From: Eledone cirrhosa
Lineage: Eukaryota
Direction of reading: 5' to 3'
DNA length: 64,000 nucleotides
Assembly (NCBI GenBank): GCA_964016885.1
Contig: OZ024740.1
Coordinates: 248,806,001-248,870,000 of the forward strand
Both the position numbers and the translations under genes were made by a program. This document shows, piece by piece, positions 63,079 through 64,000 of the stretch (position 1 is its first letter; every line of letters begins with the position of its first letter). The notes under the pieces were generated by a model that did not search any database, had not been told where the DNA came from, and saw nothing but the letters and a program-made list of their open reading frames with translations.

Positions 63079-63215
63079 CGTAATGAAGGCGTAACAAATC
63101 GTCCTTGAATTATTATATTTACACTCTGTTTAGCTCTACACCTTGTTACAGACGTGAATCTAAACATTGAGTGCTCACCTGGGTGAACCTACAGTAACTT
63201 CACGTTACACTCCCT

Positions 63216-63277
<62 letters not shown>

Positions 63278-63279
<2 letters not shown>

Positions 63280-63463
63280 ATTGTTTCTACGTTAGGCACA
63301 AGGCCAGCAATTACCCAGTGCATTACTGGTACTTTGTTTTTATCGACCCCGTAAGGATGAAAGGCAAAGTCAACCTCGGCGGGATTTGAACTCAGATCGT
63401 AAAGGGACGTAACTATGCTGGAAAGCACGGCGTCCGACCCTCTACCGATACTGCTTATCCACC
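63278..63463 (-). mobile_element. SINE family A, near full length
   Basis: Reverse complement of 22715-22903; tail abuts (TA)n. Confidence 0.88.
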
Positions 63464-64000
63464 AATGATACTATGTATAGTTATGTATATACTATAAACA
63501 ACTATAAACAGGAAAGGTCAATAATTTCTTACTACCTTATTACCAGTAAGGGAAATAGCTCAAAGTAGGAACATCAGGTGTTTTACAGAGCAGGAATATA
63601 AATTACACAATTATCAAAGTTATGTTCAAATCATTTAATTGCTAACAATCGTTTCTTCCAAACTTTCGTTTGGAGTCAAAGGAGCATTAGCAATGTTTGT
63701 ACATATAATTAACCTCCTATTCAACTGAACAATCATATAGATACATATATATTGATATTGTGAACAACAGTTTCGTATTTACAGGGTGTAATGGATGCGA
63801 CATATATTATACGAGAATTGTACAAAAATTCAAATTAAAATTAAAAGCACAGAGTGGAATATATGCAACAGATAATACAAGAGAATAGACTAATAATTAA
63901 AGAGGCATTGAGAAAGGATGAGGAGACTAGCAGTACATATGCAAGCGTGTAGAAAGTGCACATGTGTTAGTCATATATATATGAGAAGGAAGCAAGCAAA

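Overview
Eukaryotic, AT- and microsatellite-rich window with no recognisable host gene. It is almost entirely nested, mostly decayed transposable elements, and the SINE families suggest an octopod cephalopod (inferred from recalled motifs, not a database search). Contents: two Ty3/gypsy remnants, a non-coding LTR element and several solo or partial LTRs; at least five Penelope-like (PLE) remnants, three of them Naiad-like; two large and several small or fragmentary Helitrons; one CRE-like RLE LINE; one RTE LINE; two tandem Tx1/L1 LINEs; and tRNA-derived SINEs. The main hidden layer is RNA-structural: about 10 well-formed and several degenerate minimal type I hammerhead ribozyme (HHR) motifs. 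Three of them sit in a non-coding 420-bp tandem unit that looks like a retrozyme, a candidate self-cleaving circular-RNA retroelement. Several fold-back palindromes are centred on HHRs. One Naiad-like PLE has an in-frame UGA exactly at the conserved C-terminal CxH cysteine, a candidate selenocysteine. Coordinates were read by eye, and the edges of decayed elements are approximate.
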